Program-made: the position numbers and the translations under genes
Notes under the pieces: generated by a model
Database searches by the model: none
What the model saw: only the letters and a program-made list of their open reading frames with translations
Told to the model about the DNA's origin: nothing
Source of the DNA: Hyalangium minutum
Lineage (GTDB): Bacteria > Myxococcota > Myxococcia > Myxococcales > Myxococcaceae
Length of the DNA stretch: 248,000 nucleotides
Direction: 5' to 3'
Assembly (NCBI RefSeq): GCF_000737315.1
Contig: NZ_JMCB01000003.1
Coordinates: forward strand, 20,001 to 268,000
In this document: piece by piece, positions 179,584 to 190,964 of the stretch
Layout: every line of letters begins with the position of its first letter
Position numbering within the stretch: the stretch's first letter is position 1

Positions 179584-180345
179584 ATGGCAGGCACGCAAAA
179601 ATCCCTACGCCTTGCCGTCTACGCTCCTGCGCTAACTCTGGACGATCGCCGTCCTTTGGCCGTTGTCCATGGAATGGAACGCACGTTCCCCGGCTTGCAT
179701 CTGGGGTGGATGATTTCCGAAGCAGGGCAGCGCATTCCACTGCCGGATCGAGATGCTTTTGTCTCCCGCGAGAGGAAGGACGGGGGATTTCCGCTTCTGC
179801 GGAACGGTGATGAGACGTTCCGGGTGACCGTGACGGGATTGGAAAGCCCAGCGGGCACTTCGCCGGGGGGGAAGGCACAGTTTGAAGTCCAGGCGGTCCT
179901 GCCATTGAACGCAACCGGCATCGCGGCGGCGGCGGATGTGCTGGAGGCCGTAGGCGAGGATGCACGCGCGTTCTGGGGGCGCGTGCTGCCAGAGGGGATG
180001 GCCGTGACAGTGTCGGAGCAGTTTCGCCACTCGGGGGAGGAGCCGCATATCCCGCCGAAAGGGCTCCCCTCGCTCAAACTCCCATGGAAACTCCCCGCGC
180101 CTGAGATTCCGCATTACCTTGGGTGGCTGAACTACTGGTCCGACGCTGCCGCACGCGCCATCGGGTTCCCAGACCCTGCCCGCGACTCGGAGCTGCTGTC
180201 GCGCGCACGGCGCACGGCGACGGGAGGGTGGATTGTCCGGCTCACGGATGCGCCGCTCGATCTCGACAACCCCGCCCACCTGAACGCGCTCCTGCGCGCA
180301 TATGAGCGCTTCCCGGAGATCGGCGGGCGTACTCCGAGCCGCTGA
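179584..180345 (+). CDS. DUF5953-like protein (putative immunity)
   Basis: VYAPAL..LGWLNYWS..IGFPDPARD. Confidence 0.7.
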   Translation: MAGTQKSLRLAVYAPALTLDDRRPLAVVHGMERTFPGLHLGWMISEAGQRIPLPDRDAFVSRERKDGGFPLLRNGDETFRVTVTGLESPAGTSPGGKAQFEVQAVLPLNATGIAAAADVLEAVGEDARAFWGRVLPEGMAVTVSEQFRHSGEEPHIPPKGLPSLKLPWKLPAPEIPHYLGWLNYWSDAAARAIGFPDPARDSELLSRARRTATGGWIVRLTDAPLDLDNPAHLNALLRAYERFPEIGGRTPSR

Positions 180346-180349
180346 GAAC

Positions 180350-181516
180350 TCAGGCCTCCGCGCGAGGCTGGAAGCCGTATGGGTCCGTCTTGTGCTTCGG
180401 CTCGAACCCTTCGAGCGATGGGGCGATGCGGATCAGCCCCATGGCCAGCATTCGGTGCATCGAGCGCGCTGCTCCCGCCTCACCCATGGCCGCCGTGCGC
180501 AGCGCCTGGCGGATCGTCACGCTGCCCCGGAGCTTTGAGTACAGGTAGAGATCATCCGCGGTTAGCGAGGAGGGCAGGGGACGCGGCAGTGGCTCGAAGA
180601 TGAGGCGCCCGTCCATGGAGAACAGCTCGTCACAGAGCGCCAGCGTGAGCTTCACCTCCGCGTCCCGGTAGAGCGCGTGTGCCTCGGGGACAGGGCCTCG
180701 CTCCAGCACTTGCTCCACCACTGCGAGCGCGTGATCGTACTTGCGCTCCTCCACGAAGCTCCGGGCTGCGTCCAGCAGCTCCTGCTCCTGGAGTTCTTCG
180801 CCCATCGAGTTGTTCTGCGCCCGTTGCGGCGCCAGCACCCCGCGCCGGTACAGGTGCATCAGCCGCCTCGCTACGAAGATCCGCGACTCCTTGCCCGATG
180901 CGAGCAGCTCCGCGAGCGTGGCCCCCGACTCCGCTCGCTTCATCAGGACCGACTCCTCCTCCGAGAACCGCCCCACGGAGTGCTCACGGAAGACGTAGAA
181001 CGTCGTGTCCATGCCCGGGAACACCGTGCGGAACGTCCGCCACTCGCGGCGCCGCGACAGCGCGTCCCGGTGCAGGCTCGTCAGCGGCATCTTCAACTCC
181101 ACTGCCTGCTCCAGCGACGGCAGCTGCAGCGTGAACTCCACCTCGCCCGAGTCCCAGTTGTAGCAGTCGAAGAACGCCTCGCGCGCCTTGTGCTCCAGCG
181201 CCTCCAACAGCCGCGGCAGCTCCACGAACTGCTGGCGCACCAGGAACGCCCCGTAGGGCAGCTTCGCCAGCTCCGCCGCCTCGAAGGCCAGCGCCGCCCG
181301 GGGCGCGTCCAGGATGCCCAGGTCCACCAGCACCTGGCCCAGGTGCTCGGCCGGCGTGTTGGAGCCTTCGCCCACCAGGAAGCCGTCCTTGAAGAAGAAG
181401 TAGCGGATCACCGAGCCGCGCTCGACCCTCAGCGTGCCTCGGGCCTTGCGCGACAGGAGCGCAGGGATCACCACCTCCATCGAATAGTGAGTGAGGCCTC
181501 CCTTGAAGTGCTCCAT
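180350..181516 (-). CDS. DUF4388 domain protein
   Basis: G.L..., GTLRV, W.SGE..F. Confidence 0.65.
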   Translation of the reverse strand: MEHFKGGLTHYSMEVVIPALLSRKARGTLRVERGSVIRYFFFKDGFLVGEGSNTPAEHLGQVLVDLGILDAPRAALAFEAAELAKLPYGAFLVRQQFVELPRLLEALEHKAREAFFDCYNWDSGEVEFTLQLPSLEQAVELKMPLTSLHRDALSRRREWRTFRTVFPGMDTTFYVFREHSVGRFSEEESVLMKRAESGATLAELLASGKESRIFVARRLMHLYRRGVLAPQRAQNNSMGEELQEQELLDAARSFVEERKYDHALAVVEQVLERGPVPEAHALYRDAEVKLTLALCDELFSMDGRLIFEPLPRPLPSSLTADDLYLYSKLRGSVTIRQALRTAAMGEAGAARSMHRMLAMGLIRIAPSLEGFEPKHKTDPYGFQPRAEA

Positions 181517-181761
181517 GCCGCCTTCTCCCCTGTGAGCGAGTGCTTGCTCGCTTTCTGAGAAAGCTAATGGGCCCTCCCTCGTTGCTCAACCTCCCACCCC
181601 CCACAAACTGTTGAATTCATTGGAGTCTTCCGGGGTTGTCCCAAAGTTCCGGGTTGAGAAAGGGCAGGGGCCTCATGGGGCGCTACGGACCCGGGCGAAT
181701 GTTTGACCCCCTGGGGGGCCACTGCTAAGGGGAAAGGCCTGATGTGCTTGAAGGACGTCCG

Positions 181762-182602
181762 GTGACCGATGCCCGCCGCACGCCGCCCGACGAGGGCTCC
181801 AGCGATGCAGAGGTGCCCCGCTCACCCGGGGACGCCTTCCGTATTGCTTTGCCCAACTTCGAGGGCCCCCTCGATCTTCTGCTGCACCTGATCCGCGAGC
181901 ACCGGGTCGACATCTTCGACATCCCCCTCGCGCTCATCGTCGAGAAATACCTGGAATACCTGGAGCGGATGCGCGAGTTGAACCTCGACATCGCCGGTGA
182001 GTTCCTGGTGATGGCGTCCACCCTGGCGCACCTCAAGAGCCGCATGCTGCTGCCGCGCCAGGATGTGGCGGCCCAGGAGCAGGTGGGCGAGGTGCTCGCG
182101 GTGGAGGAGCAGGGGGATCCGCGCGCGGAGCTGGTGCGGCGGCTGCTCGAGTATCAGAAGTACAAGGACTCGGCGGAGCAGCTGGCGAAGCAGGATCTGC
182201 TCGGGCGCGATGTGTTCACGCGCAACGTGCCGGTGGAGGCGGTGCCCATCCCCGAGGAGGAGGTGGGGCTGCAGGAGTTCTCCGTCCTCAAGCTGATCGA
182301 GTCGCTGGATCGGGTGCTGGAGCGCCTGACCCCGAAGGTGCAGCACGAGGTGGTGCTCGAGCGGCTGAGCCTCTCGGAGGCCACCCTGCGGGTGATCGAG
182401 CGGCTGCGCGGTCAGGAGCAGGTGACGTTCGTCAGCCTGTTCCCGGAGGGCAGCACGCGGCAGGAGATTGTCATTACGTTCCTGGCGATCCTGGAGATGG
182501 TAAAGCGGCGCCTCATCCGGGTTCGCCAGGAAGAGCCCCTGAAGGACATCTTCCTGATGCCCAACGGAGACGCGCTGGAGCGGCTGGCCCCCACGGAGGT
182601 GG

Positions 182603-182622
<20 letters not shown>
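181762..182622 (+). CDS. scpA: segregation and condensation protein A
   Basis: FEGPLDLLLHLI, EFLVMASTL..KSR.LLP, TFLAILE. Confidence 0.93.
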
Positions 182623-183598
<976 letters not shown>

Positions 183599-183620
183599 CG
183601 GGCACGAAAGCATCACGAAT

Positions 183621-185699
183621 ATGGCTGCTGAAAGACTTCAGAAGTACCTGGCTCGCGCGGGAGTGGCTTCGCGCCGGCACGCAGAAGAGCTCATCACCGC
183701 AGGCCGTGTGCAGGTGAACAACGAGACGGTGACCGAGCTGGGCAGCCGGGTGGAGCCGGGCAAGGACCTGGTGAAGGTGGACGGAAAGCTGGTGTCTCCG
183801 CCGGAGAGCACCTCCTATTACCTGCTGTACAAGCCGGCCGGCGTGGTGACGACGCTGTCGGATCCCCAGGGCCGCCCCACGGTGGCCAGCTACGTGGAGG
183901 ATGCCGGTACGCGCCTGTTCCCCGTGGGCCGCTTGGACTACGACGCCGAGGGAGCGCTGCTCTTCACGGATGACGGCGCGCTGGCGCACAAGCTCACGCA
184001 CCCCAGCTTCCAGGTGCCTCGCACGTACCTGGCCAAGGTGAAGGGCTCGCCGGACTCCGCCACGCTGGGCAAGCTGCGCGGCGGTGTGCGGCTCGAGGAC
184101 GGCATGGCCACGCCGCTCACCGTGGATGTGTTCGAGCAGGCCGAGCGCAACACGTGGCTGAAGATCGTGGTCGCCGAGGGCCGGCCTCACCTCATCAAGC
184201 GCCTGTGCGCGGCGGTGGGGCACCCCGTGGTGCGCCTGTTCCGGCCGAACTACGCGGGCATCGGCGTGTCTGGGCTGCGGCCGGGACAGCTGCGCCCGCT
184301 GTCGAACAACGAGGTGCGTCTGCTCCAGGACGTGGCCGAGGCCCGCATGGCTCCGCCCGAGGGAGAGCTGAACCTGCCTCCGCGCCGGCATGGGCGGTCG
184401 GCTCCGGGCTTCGAGGCGGCGGAGGACAGCGGCGACGACTACGAGGTGGAGACCGAGGAAGAGTCCGCTCGGCCCGAGCCCGTGGTGGTGAAGCTGCCTC
184501 GGAAGGATGCGGATGCCGCGGCTGCGGCGCCCGCGGCGGAGCGGCGCCCGCGGAGCCCCGCGGGCCGCGAGATGAAGGAAGGCGGCACGGGGCTGGCCCG
184601 GTTCGGCCGTTCGCGCACGGGCGCTCCAGGCGCTGGCGGCGATCGTCCCAAGCGCAGGGAGTGGGACACGCGCGGTGATGAAGGCGAGCGTCCCGAGAAG
184701 CGCGAGTGGAAGCCGCGTGGTGAGGGTGCTGGCCGTCCTGAGAAGCGCGAGTGGAAGCCGCGTGGAGAGGGTGCTGGCCGTCCCGAGAAGCGCGAGTGGA
184801 AGCCGCGGGGTGAGGGCGCGGGCCGTCCTGAGAAGCGCGAGTGGAAGCCGCGTGGTGAGGGTGCGGGCCGTCCTGAGAAGCGCGAGTGGAAGCCGCGTGG
184901 AGAGGGTGCGGGCCGTCCTGAGAAGCGCGAGTGGAAGCCGCGGGGTGAGGGTGCTGGTCGTCCCGAGAAGCGCGAGTGGAAGCCGCGCGGCGAGGGTGCT
185001 GAGCGTCCGGAGCGTCGCGAGTGGAAGCCGCGGGGTGAGGGTGCAGGCCGTCCCGAGAAGCGCGAGTGGAAGCCGCGTGGTGAGGGTGCAGGCCGTCCCG
185101 AGAAGCGTGAGTGGAAGCCGCGCGGTGAGGGCGCGGGCCGTCCCGAGAAGCGTGAGTGGAAGCCGCGCGGTGAGGGTGCTGGCCGTCCCGAGAAGCGCGA
185201 GTGGAAGCCGCGCGGTGAGGGTGCTGAGCGTCCGGAGCGTCGCGAGTGGAAGCCGCGCGGTGAGGGCGCTGGCCGTCCCGAGAAGCGCGAGTGGAAGCCG
185301 CGCGGCGAGGGCGCTGGCCGTCCCGAGAAGCGCGAGTGGAAGCCCCGCGGTGACGGTGCTGGCCGTCCCGAGAAGCGCGAGTGGAAGCCCCGCGGCGAGG
185401 GTGGAGATCGCCCGGCTCGCAAGACCTGGAGCCCTCGGGGCGGGCCCATCGGTCCGGCCTCGCGTGGCGCGGGCCGGTTCGGCCGCCCGGGTCGCTCCGG
185501 AGGCGCCGCTGGGGATGCACGGCCCGAGCGCCGGAGCACTCGCTCGGAAGAGGGAGGAGAGGCCGGCGGAGGCTTCGTCGACTGGCGCAAGCGCAAGCAG
185601 AGCGATCGTGCGCCCGGGACTCCCTGGGACTCGCGGCGTCCGGCGCCAGGCGGCGCTCGGGGGCCTCGCAAGCCCGGTGGCCCTCGCAAGCCTCGCTGA
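183621..185699 (+). CDS. rluB: 23S rRNA pseudouridine synthase B with long repetitive tail
   Basis: RLQKYLARAG..SRR, PVGRLD, EGR; scpAB-rluB synteny. Confidence 0.88.
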   Translation: MAAERLQKYLARAGVASRRHAEELITAGRVQVNNETVTELGSRVEPGKDLVKVDGKLVSPPESTSYYLLYKPAGVVTTLSDPQGRPTVASYVEDAGTRLFPVGRLDYDAEGALLFTDDGALAHKLTHPSFQVPRTYLAKVKGSPDSATLGKLRGGVRLEDGMATPLTVDVFEQAERNTWLKIVVAEGRPHLIKRLCAAVGHPVVRLFRPNYAGIGVSGLRPGQLRPLSNNEVRLLQDVAEARMAPPEGELNLPPRRHGRSAPGFEAAEDSGDDYEVETEEESARPEPVVVKLPRKDADAAAAAPAAERRPRSPAGREMKEGGTGLARFGRSRTGAPGAGGDRPKRREWDTRGDEGERPEKREWKPRGEGAGRPEKREWKPRGEGAGRPEKREWKPRGEGAGRPEKREWKPRGEGAGRPEKREWKPRGEGAGRPEKREWKPRGEGAGRPEKREWKPRGEGAERPERREWKPRGEGAGRPEKREWKPRGEGAGRPEKREWKPRGEGAGRPEKREWKPRGEGAGRPEKREWKPRGEGAERPERREWKPRGEGAGRPEKREWKPRGEGAGRPEKREWKPRGDGAGRPEKREWKPRGEGGDRPARKTWSPRGGPIGPASRGAGRFGRPGRSGGAAGDARPERRSTRSEEGGEAGGGFVDWRKRKQSDRAPGTPWDSRRPAPGGARGPRKPGGPRKPR
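184686..185405 (+). repeat. 16 x 45-nt coding tandem repeat (GRPEKREWKPRGEGA)
   Basis: GAGTGGAAG recurs every 45 nt from 184704 to 185379. Confidence 0.95.
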
Positions 185700-185794
185700 C
185701 GCAGCGCGCAGGGGGCGTGTTCACCTCGGCTGAGTTCTTCCGGCCGGGGCTGATATAACCGGTCGTCCATTCAACGTTTCCTTCTCGGAGTGCG

Positions 185795-187921
185795 ATGAGA
185801 ACCGGCGTGCGCCCCCTTGTCGTCGTCCTGTCCCTGGCCCTGTTCTCCGGGTGCCAGGGCAACCGCGATCAACTCCTCGCCGACCTCCAGAGCCCCCGGC
185901 CCGAGGTCCGCGCCCACGCGGTCAAATCGCTGGCCAAGCAGGGCAACGCGGAGGATCTGGTCCTCTTCTCCCGCGCCGCCAAGGACATGGCCTCCATCGT
186001 CCGGGGCGAGGCCGCCGCGGCGCTCGGCGAGAGCCAGGATCCCCGCGTGGTGGATCTGCTCGGCGAGCTGCTCGAGGACGCCGACGAGGATGTCCAGGGC
186101 CGAGCCGCCATGGCACTCGCCAAGGTGAAGAACGACAAGGCCAAGGCGTACCTCACGCTCCAGTATGGCCGCCGGGGCCGGAAGACGCGCCAGATCATCG
186201 TTCAGGCGCTGAAGACCGCCAACGTGCCCGGCGCCATGGCCGAGTCCGTCGCCGCAGAGTCCAAGGCCATCTGGGATCGCAACCTGCTCGCGCTCAACGA
186301 GGGCACGCTCCCGGAGCGCGTGGGCGCCGCCGAGGAGCTGGGCAAGAGTGGCCGCCCCGAGGCCATCAACCGGCTGCTCCCCCTGGTTCGTGACAGCCAG
186401 GTCGTCATGGCCGCCGCCGCCGTTCGCGGCCTGGGCGATGCGGGGGATCGGCGCGCGGTGCCCGCCATTCTCCTGCTGCTCGACGAGAGCTTCCCTGATC
186501 TGCGCGAGGCCTCCATCGGCGCGCTGCGCAAGCTGCAGGATCCTTCCTCGGTACAGAAGCTCCAGGCCGTGGCCGTGGAGAAGAGCGCCGTGAGCGCGCT
186601 GGCCACGGACGCCATCGCCGCCCTGCCGCGCACGCCCGAGACCGAGAAGGCGCTGTGCACCATCGCGATCGAGGGCGCCCGGAAGGAGGCCATCGATGCG
186701 GCCCGCGCCATGCGGACGAAGGGGTGCCCGCTGGAGCCCATCATCGAGAGCCTCTCCCGTAACAGTGGCGTCGAGAGCGGGCTGCAGGCGGTGATCGGCC
186801 TCGGCCCGTCGGCCCAGGGCGCACTGCCCAAGGTGCTGCCGCTGCTCACGTCCTCGGACTCCGTGCAGCGCATGCTGGCGGTGGAGGCCGTGGCCGCCAT
186901 CGGGGATGCCTCCGCTGCTCCGGCGCTCCAGAAGCTCTACGAGCAGGAGCTGAAGGCCATCGAGGGGCCGCGCCAGGACTGGGTGACGGCGGCGCTGCCT
187001 CAGGTCTACGGCTCCGGCTTCGATCCCTCCGCGCCCGCCGCCGAGTCGGAGGACTCGCAGGGCCACAAGGACGGGGCCAAGGGCTCCAAGCAGGTTCAGC
187101 TCTTCGAGCGGGTCCGGGCCCTCAATGCCCAGCGTGCTCGCGAGGCGGGCCGCGTGCTCGTCCAGCCGCGCGTGCCCACGGAGCTCTATGACGATGTGGA
187201 GCCGCTGAGCCTCCAGCCGCTGGCCGCAGTGCTGCGCGCGCTTGGAGCGGTGAAGGCGCCTGGGGCGCTCGAGCTGCTCAAGGGCTATGCGGGCGACCCC
187301 AACGTGACGCTGCGCACCGCGGGCCTGGTCGGGCTGGCCCGGCTGGGACCCGAGGGTGTGGAGGCCGCGAAGGGTGGCATGTACGAGGCCGAGAGGGATC
187401 TCCAGAAGGCGCTGGCTGAGGCGCTCGCGCAGCAGGGCGAGGCCGGGCAGGCCGTGCTGGTGTCCATGCTGCCGCAGTTCGCCAGCGAGAAGCTGGTGCT
187501 GCTCGACGCGCTGAACCAGTTCGGGGCTCCGGCCTCGGCCTCGGAGGCGCTGCAGGCGGTGGTTCGCGAGGGCGGAGCGGAGGCGGTGCTGGCGGCCAGC
187601 GTCCTCGGCAGGTTGAAGGCCAAGGACGCGGTGCCCACGCTCTCCAAGGCGCTGGATGAGCCCGCGAGCGTGGCGCGCCGCGAGGTGCTGCTGGCGCTGG
187701 GCGAGATCGGCGACACCCAGGCTGCCGAGGTGGTGGCCCGGGACCTGTACCACGACCAGCCGGAGGTCCGGTTCGCGGCGGCCTCGGCGCTGCAGAAGAT
187801 CGGCACTCCGGCGCAGGGGGAGGCGCTCGACGCCCTCAAGAGCGACTATTATCGGAGGGTCCGCGATGCGGCCAGCGCGGCGCTGGCGAAGAACGGCACC
187901 GCGGCGGAGGGGGCTCGCTGA
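185795..187921 (+). CDS. HEAT-repeat lipoprotein
   Basis: lipobox FSGC; PBS-lyase-like repeats. Confidence 0.7.
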   Translation: MRTGVRPLVVVLSLALFSGCQGNRDQLLADLQSPRPEVRAHAVKSLAKQGNAEDLVLFSRAAKDMASIVRGEAAAALGESQDPRVVDLLGELLEDADEDVQGRAAMALAKVKNDKAKAYLTLQYGRRGRKTRQIIVQALKTANVPGAMAESVAAESKAIWDRNLLALNEGTLPERVGAAEELGKSGRPEAINRLLPLVRDSQVVMAAAAVRGLGDAGDRRAVPAILLLLDESFPDLREASIGALRKLQDPSSVQKLQAVAVEKSAVSALATDAIAALPRTPETEKALCTIAIEGARKEAIDAARAMRTKGCPLEPIIESLSRNSGVESGLQAVIGLGPSAQGALPKVLPLLTSSDSVQRMLAVEAVAAIGDASAAPALQKLYEQELKAIEGPRQDWVTAALPQVYGSGFDPSAPAAESEDSQGHKDGAKGSKQVQLFERVRALNAQRAREAGRVLVQPRVPTELYDDVEPLSLQPLAAVLRALGAVKAPGALELLKGYAGDPNVTLRTAGLVGLARLGPEGVEAAKGGMYEAERDLQKALAEALAQQGEAGQAVLVSMLPQFASEKLVLLDALNQFGAPASASEALQAVVREGGAEAVLAASVLGRLKAKDAVPTLSKALDEPASVARREVLLALGEIGDTQAAEVVARDLYHDQPEVRFAAASALQKIGTPAQGEALDALKSDYYRRVRDAASAALAKNGTAAEGAR

Positions 187922-187922
187922 T

Positions 187923-190169
187923 ATGGAGATGCGCAAGCTCAGGGACAAGGCCACCGAGGCCTTTGCCAAGGGCCGCTTCTCCAAAGCCGCGGAGTTCTAC
188001 GAGGAGTATTGCAAGGGCGAGCCCAAGGACTACCAGGCCCGCCTGCGCATGGGAGACGCGTGGGCCAAGGCCGGTCAGAAGGACCGCGCTATCTCGGCCT
188101 ACCAGCTGGCTGCCACGGGCTTCGCGCGAGAGGGTTTCCTGCCGCGCGCCATCGCGGCCAGCAAGCTGATCCTGGAGCTGGACCCGGCCCACAAGGGCAT
188201 CCAGCAGATGCTCGCGGACCTGTACGCACGCAAGAGCGCGGGAGGCAACGGGGCGCCGCAGCAGCCCGCGAGGCCCCCGCGCCAGGTAGAGCTGCCCACC
188301 TTCACCGAGCACATGGGCACCTCGATGGGGCCGGCTGTGGCGCCGCTCGAGCTCCCCGAGGAGGACGAGGCCCCGCCCGCTCCTGCTCCCGCGATGGCCT
188401 CCCCTCAGAGGGCCATCATCCCGCCGCCACCGTCGGCTCCGTCTGCGGTGACCGGCTCGGCCGTCGAAGCGCTCCCCGAAGAGGAGGAGGAGATCGCCGT
188501 CGTCCAGGGTGTGCCGCTTACTCCACTGCCGCTGGCTCCGAGTGCCGTGGCGGCCATTGCGGCCCAGTCACAGCCGCCCGCTCCCGCGGCTGGCGGGGGG
188601 GCACCGCTTCCGCCACAGCCCGCGCTTCGTGCGCAGCCGCCCGCTCCGGCTGCTGCGGTACCCGCGCCTCAGGTCCAGCCAACGCCTCCCGCCGCGGCTC
188701 CTGCGCCTCAAGCCGTGGATGCGCCTCGTGCTGCCGAGCTTGTAGGGCCTTCGGTGCCTGCCGCGCCTCCGGGCCTGGCTCTGCGTAGCTCCATGCAGCG
188801 TCCGCCCGTCGCCGCATCCACTCAAGCTTCTCCCTCAAGGCCTGCCGAGACCGCTCCGGTTCCCGTGAGCGCTGTGTCTTCGCCCGACGAGACCGCCCTC
188901 GAGGTGGACGTGGGCATGGGAACAAAGAAGCTCTCCTGGTCTGCCATCAGTGAGCCGCTGATCTCCGCGACGTCCTCGGGGACTGCTTCCGCGAGCGAGA
189001 CTCTGGCTCAGGCGCAGCCTCCACTGCCTTCCACCGCACCGGCTCCTGCCAGCGCCGCACCGCCGGGACTTCGGCCTCGCCGGAGCGGGGAGGGCGGAAC
189101 GGCCGATATGTCCGTGACGCCCGCGCCAGGACGGTCCGCCGTGGTGCCACCCGGCCAGGTGCCCGCGAGCCCCAATGCGTTCACGGAGCTGGAACTGGAA
189201 GAGGACACGCTGCTCCACGCGGTGGAGGAGGCGGCGCTCGCAGGAATGAAGCAGCGCGCCGCGTCCGGCCTCGTGCCTCCGCAGGAGGAAGAGGAAGAGA
189301 TCATCCTCACGGACGAGGTGGAGGAGACGCCTTCTCCGAACGCCCTGCCGACCATCCCGCTCTTCTCGGACCTGCCGCGCGAGGCCTTCATCGATCTGTT
189401 CGAGAGGTGCCCGCTGCGCCACTTCTCGCAGGGGGCGCACGTCTTCGAGCAGGGCAGCCACGGTGACGCCTTCTACGTCATCTGCGAAGGCAGCGTGCGC
189501 GTGTTCCGCTACGAGAACGGGCAGCGCAAGGATCTCGCGGCGCTGACCAGCGGGGCCTTCTTTGGCGAGATGGCGCTCTTGTCGGGGGCGCCGCGCATGG
189601 CCGCGGTGGAGAGCGCGGTCGATGGCACGATGCTGCTGGAGATCTCGGCGCCGGTGCTGGCCGAACTGTCGCGCCAGCACCCGCAGCTGGCGAAGGCGCT
189701 CAAGAAGTTCTGCCGCGAGCGCATGCTGACGAACGTGATGAGCCACTCGGCGCTCTTCGAGCCGTTCAGCCGGAAGGATCGCCGCACGCTGGTGGAGAAG
189801 TTCCGGGCCCGCGAAGTGAAGAAGAACGAGATCATCGTCCGCGAGGGCGAGCGGACGGACGGGCTCTACGTGGTGCTCTCGGGCGAGGTGGAGGCACGCA
189901 AGGGCGATCAGGTGCTCTCGCGGATGAAGGAGGGCGATCTGTTCGGAGAGATCTCCCTGCTCTCGAAGACACCGGCCACGGCGACGGTGATGTCCACGCG
190001 GCACACCTCGCTGCTGCGACTGCCGCGCGAGGACTTCGATGCGCTGATCCTCTCCCACCCGCAGATCCTGGTGCTCATCTCCGAGCTCTCCGAGCAGCGG
190101 CTGCGCCGCACCGAGGCGCTCACGGGCACCCTGGTGTTCGAGCTGCGCGCCGAGGATCTGCTCGTCTAG
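187923..190169 (+). CDS. TPR + tandem cyclic-nucleotide-binding domain protein
   Basis: two cNMP domains (FGE.ALL...PR.A; FGEISLL..TPATAT). Confidence 0.8.
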   Translation: MEMRKLRDKATEAFAKGRFSKAAEFYEEYCKGEPKDYQARLRMGDAWAKAGQKDRAISAYQLAATGFAREGFLPRAIAASKLILELDPAHKGIQQMLADLYARKSAGGNGAPQQPARPPRQVELPTFTEHMGTSMGPAVAPLELPEEDEAPPAPAPAMASPQRAIIPPPPSAPSAVTGSAVEALPEEEEEIAVVQGVPLTPLPLAPSAVAAIAAQSQPPAPAAGGGAPLPPQPALRAQPPAPAAAVPAPQVQPTPPAAAPAPQAVDAPRAAELVGPSVPAAPPGLALRSSMQRPPVAASTQASPSRPAETAPVPVSAVSSPDETALEVDVGMGTKKLSWSAISEPLISATSSGTASASETLAQAQPPLPSTAPAPASAAPPGLRPRRSGEGGTADMSVTPAPGRSAVVPPGQVPASPNAFTELELEEDTLLHAVEEAALAGMKQRAASGLVPPQEEEEEIILTDEVEETPSPNALPTIPLFSDLPREAFIDLFERCPLRHFSQGAHVFEQGSHGDAFYVICEGSVRVFRYENGQRKDLAALTSGAFFGEMALLSGAPRMAAVESAVDGTMLLEISAPVLAELSRQHPQLAKALKKFCRERMLTNVMSHSALFEPFSRKDRRTLVEKFRAREVKKNEIIVREGERTDGLYVVLSGEVEARKGDQVLSRMKEGDLFGEISLLSKTPATATVMSTRHTSLLRLPREDFDALILSHPQILVLISELSEQRLRRTEALTGTLVFELRAEDLLV

Positions 190170-190900
190170 AAGCGCGGTCCGCCACGCAGCCGGGCGAAAT
190201 ATTCCTCGCGTGAGAGGGCACCTCGGGTCTCCAGCACCTCGAGGAGCGCGCTCAGCGAGCGGGCCTGGTTGGCCACCATCTGCTGCAGATCCGCCACTTG
190301 CTGCGTGAGGACGTCCACGCGCTCCTGAAGCTCCGCCTCCCGATGCGAGGAGGGCCGGGGTGTGGGTGGCGGGGTGAACTCGTATGTGGGCTCGCGGAAC
190401 CCGAACTGCTCAGGGTTGGCCGTCGAGTTAGACGCGCCACCGTAGTAGTACTTCCGGATGGCCCGCTCGATGGCCGACGCGCTGCTCACCACCACCTGGA
190501 TCTTCTGGTTGGTGTGGAAGGCCAGCTCCTGCAGCGCGTCCACGTTCGTCGGATCCGAGCTGGCCAGCGTCAGCGTCTTGTGCGCCACGTCCACGGCGAC
190601 GGGGAAGACGCTGTAGCGCTCGGCCAGATCGATCCGGAAGAGCTGGAGCAGGTGCTCGGGCGGCGTCAGGGTGTCCAGCTCCATCGCGGGGATGTGCAGC
190701 TGGCGGGAGAGGGCGTGGACCATGGAGCTCTCGTCCACGAAGCCCATCTGCACCAGCGTATGGCCCAGCTTGCCGCCCCACTTGCGCTGCTCGGCAAGGG
190801 CTGAGCGAAGCTGGGTCTCGGTCAACAGGCCGGCGTCCATGAGGATCTCGCCGAGCCTCTTCTTTCGACTGGGGGGAGGATTCGACGCGGGAGGGCTCAC
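190166..190900 (-). CDS. MshEN/T2SSE_N domain protein (candidate c-di-GMP receptor)
   Basis: RLGEILMDAGLLTETQLRSALAEQ. Confidence 0.8.
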   Translation of the reverse strand: MSPPASNPPPSRKKRLGEILMDAGLLTETQLRSALAEQRKWGGKLGHTLVQMGFVDESSMVHALSRQLHIPAMELDTLTPPEHLLQLFRIDLAERYSVFPVAVDVAHKTLTLASSDPTNVDALQELAFHTNQKIQVVVSSASAIERAIRKYYYGGASNSTANPEQFGFREPTYEFTPPPTPRPSSHREAELQERVDVLTQQVADLQQMVANQARSLSALLEVLETRGALSREEYFARLRGGPRF

Positions 190901-190964
190901 ACCCCGAGGCTAGCAGCCGTTCACCGGGCTGCAACCCCATGGCACGTTGAGGTATGTGTGGGGA

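Noticed and set aside
184686-185405. Regular 45-nt repeats as a possible CRISPR array
   Set aside because: No unique spacers, in-frame coding with synonymous variation, and no cas genes.
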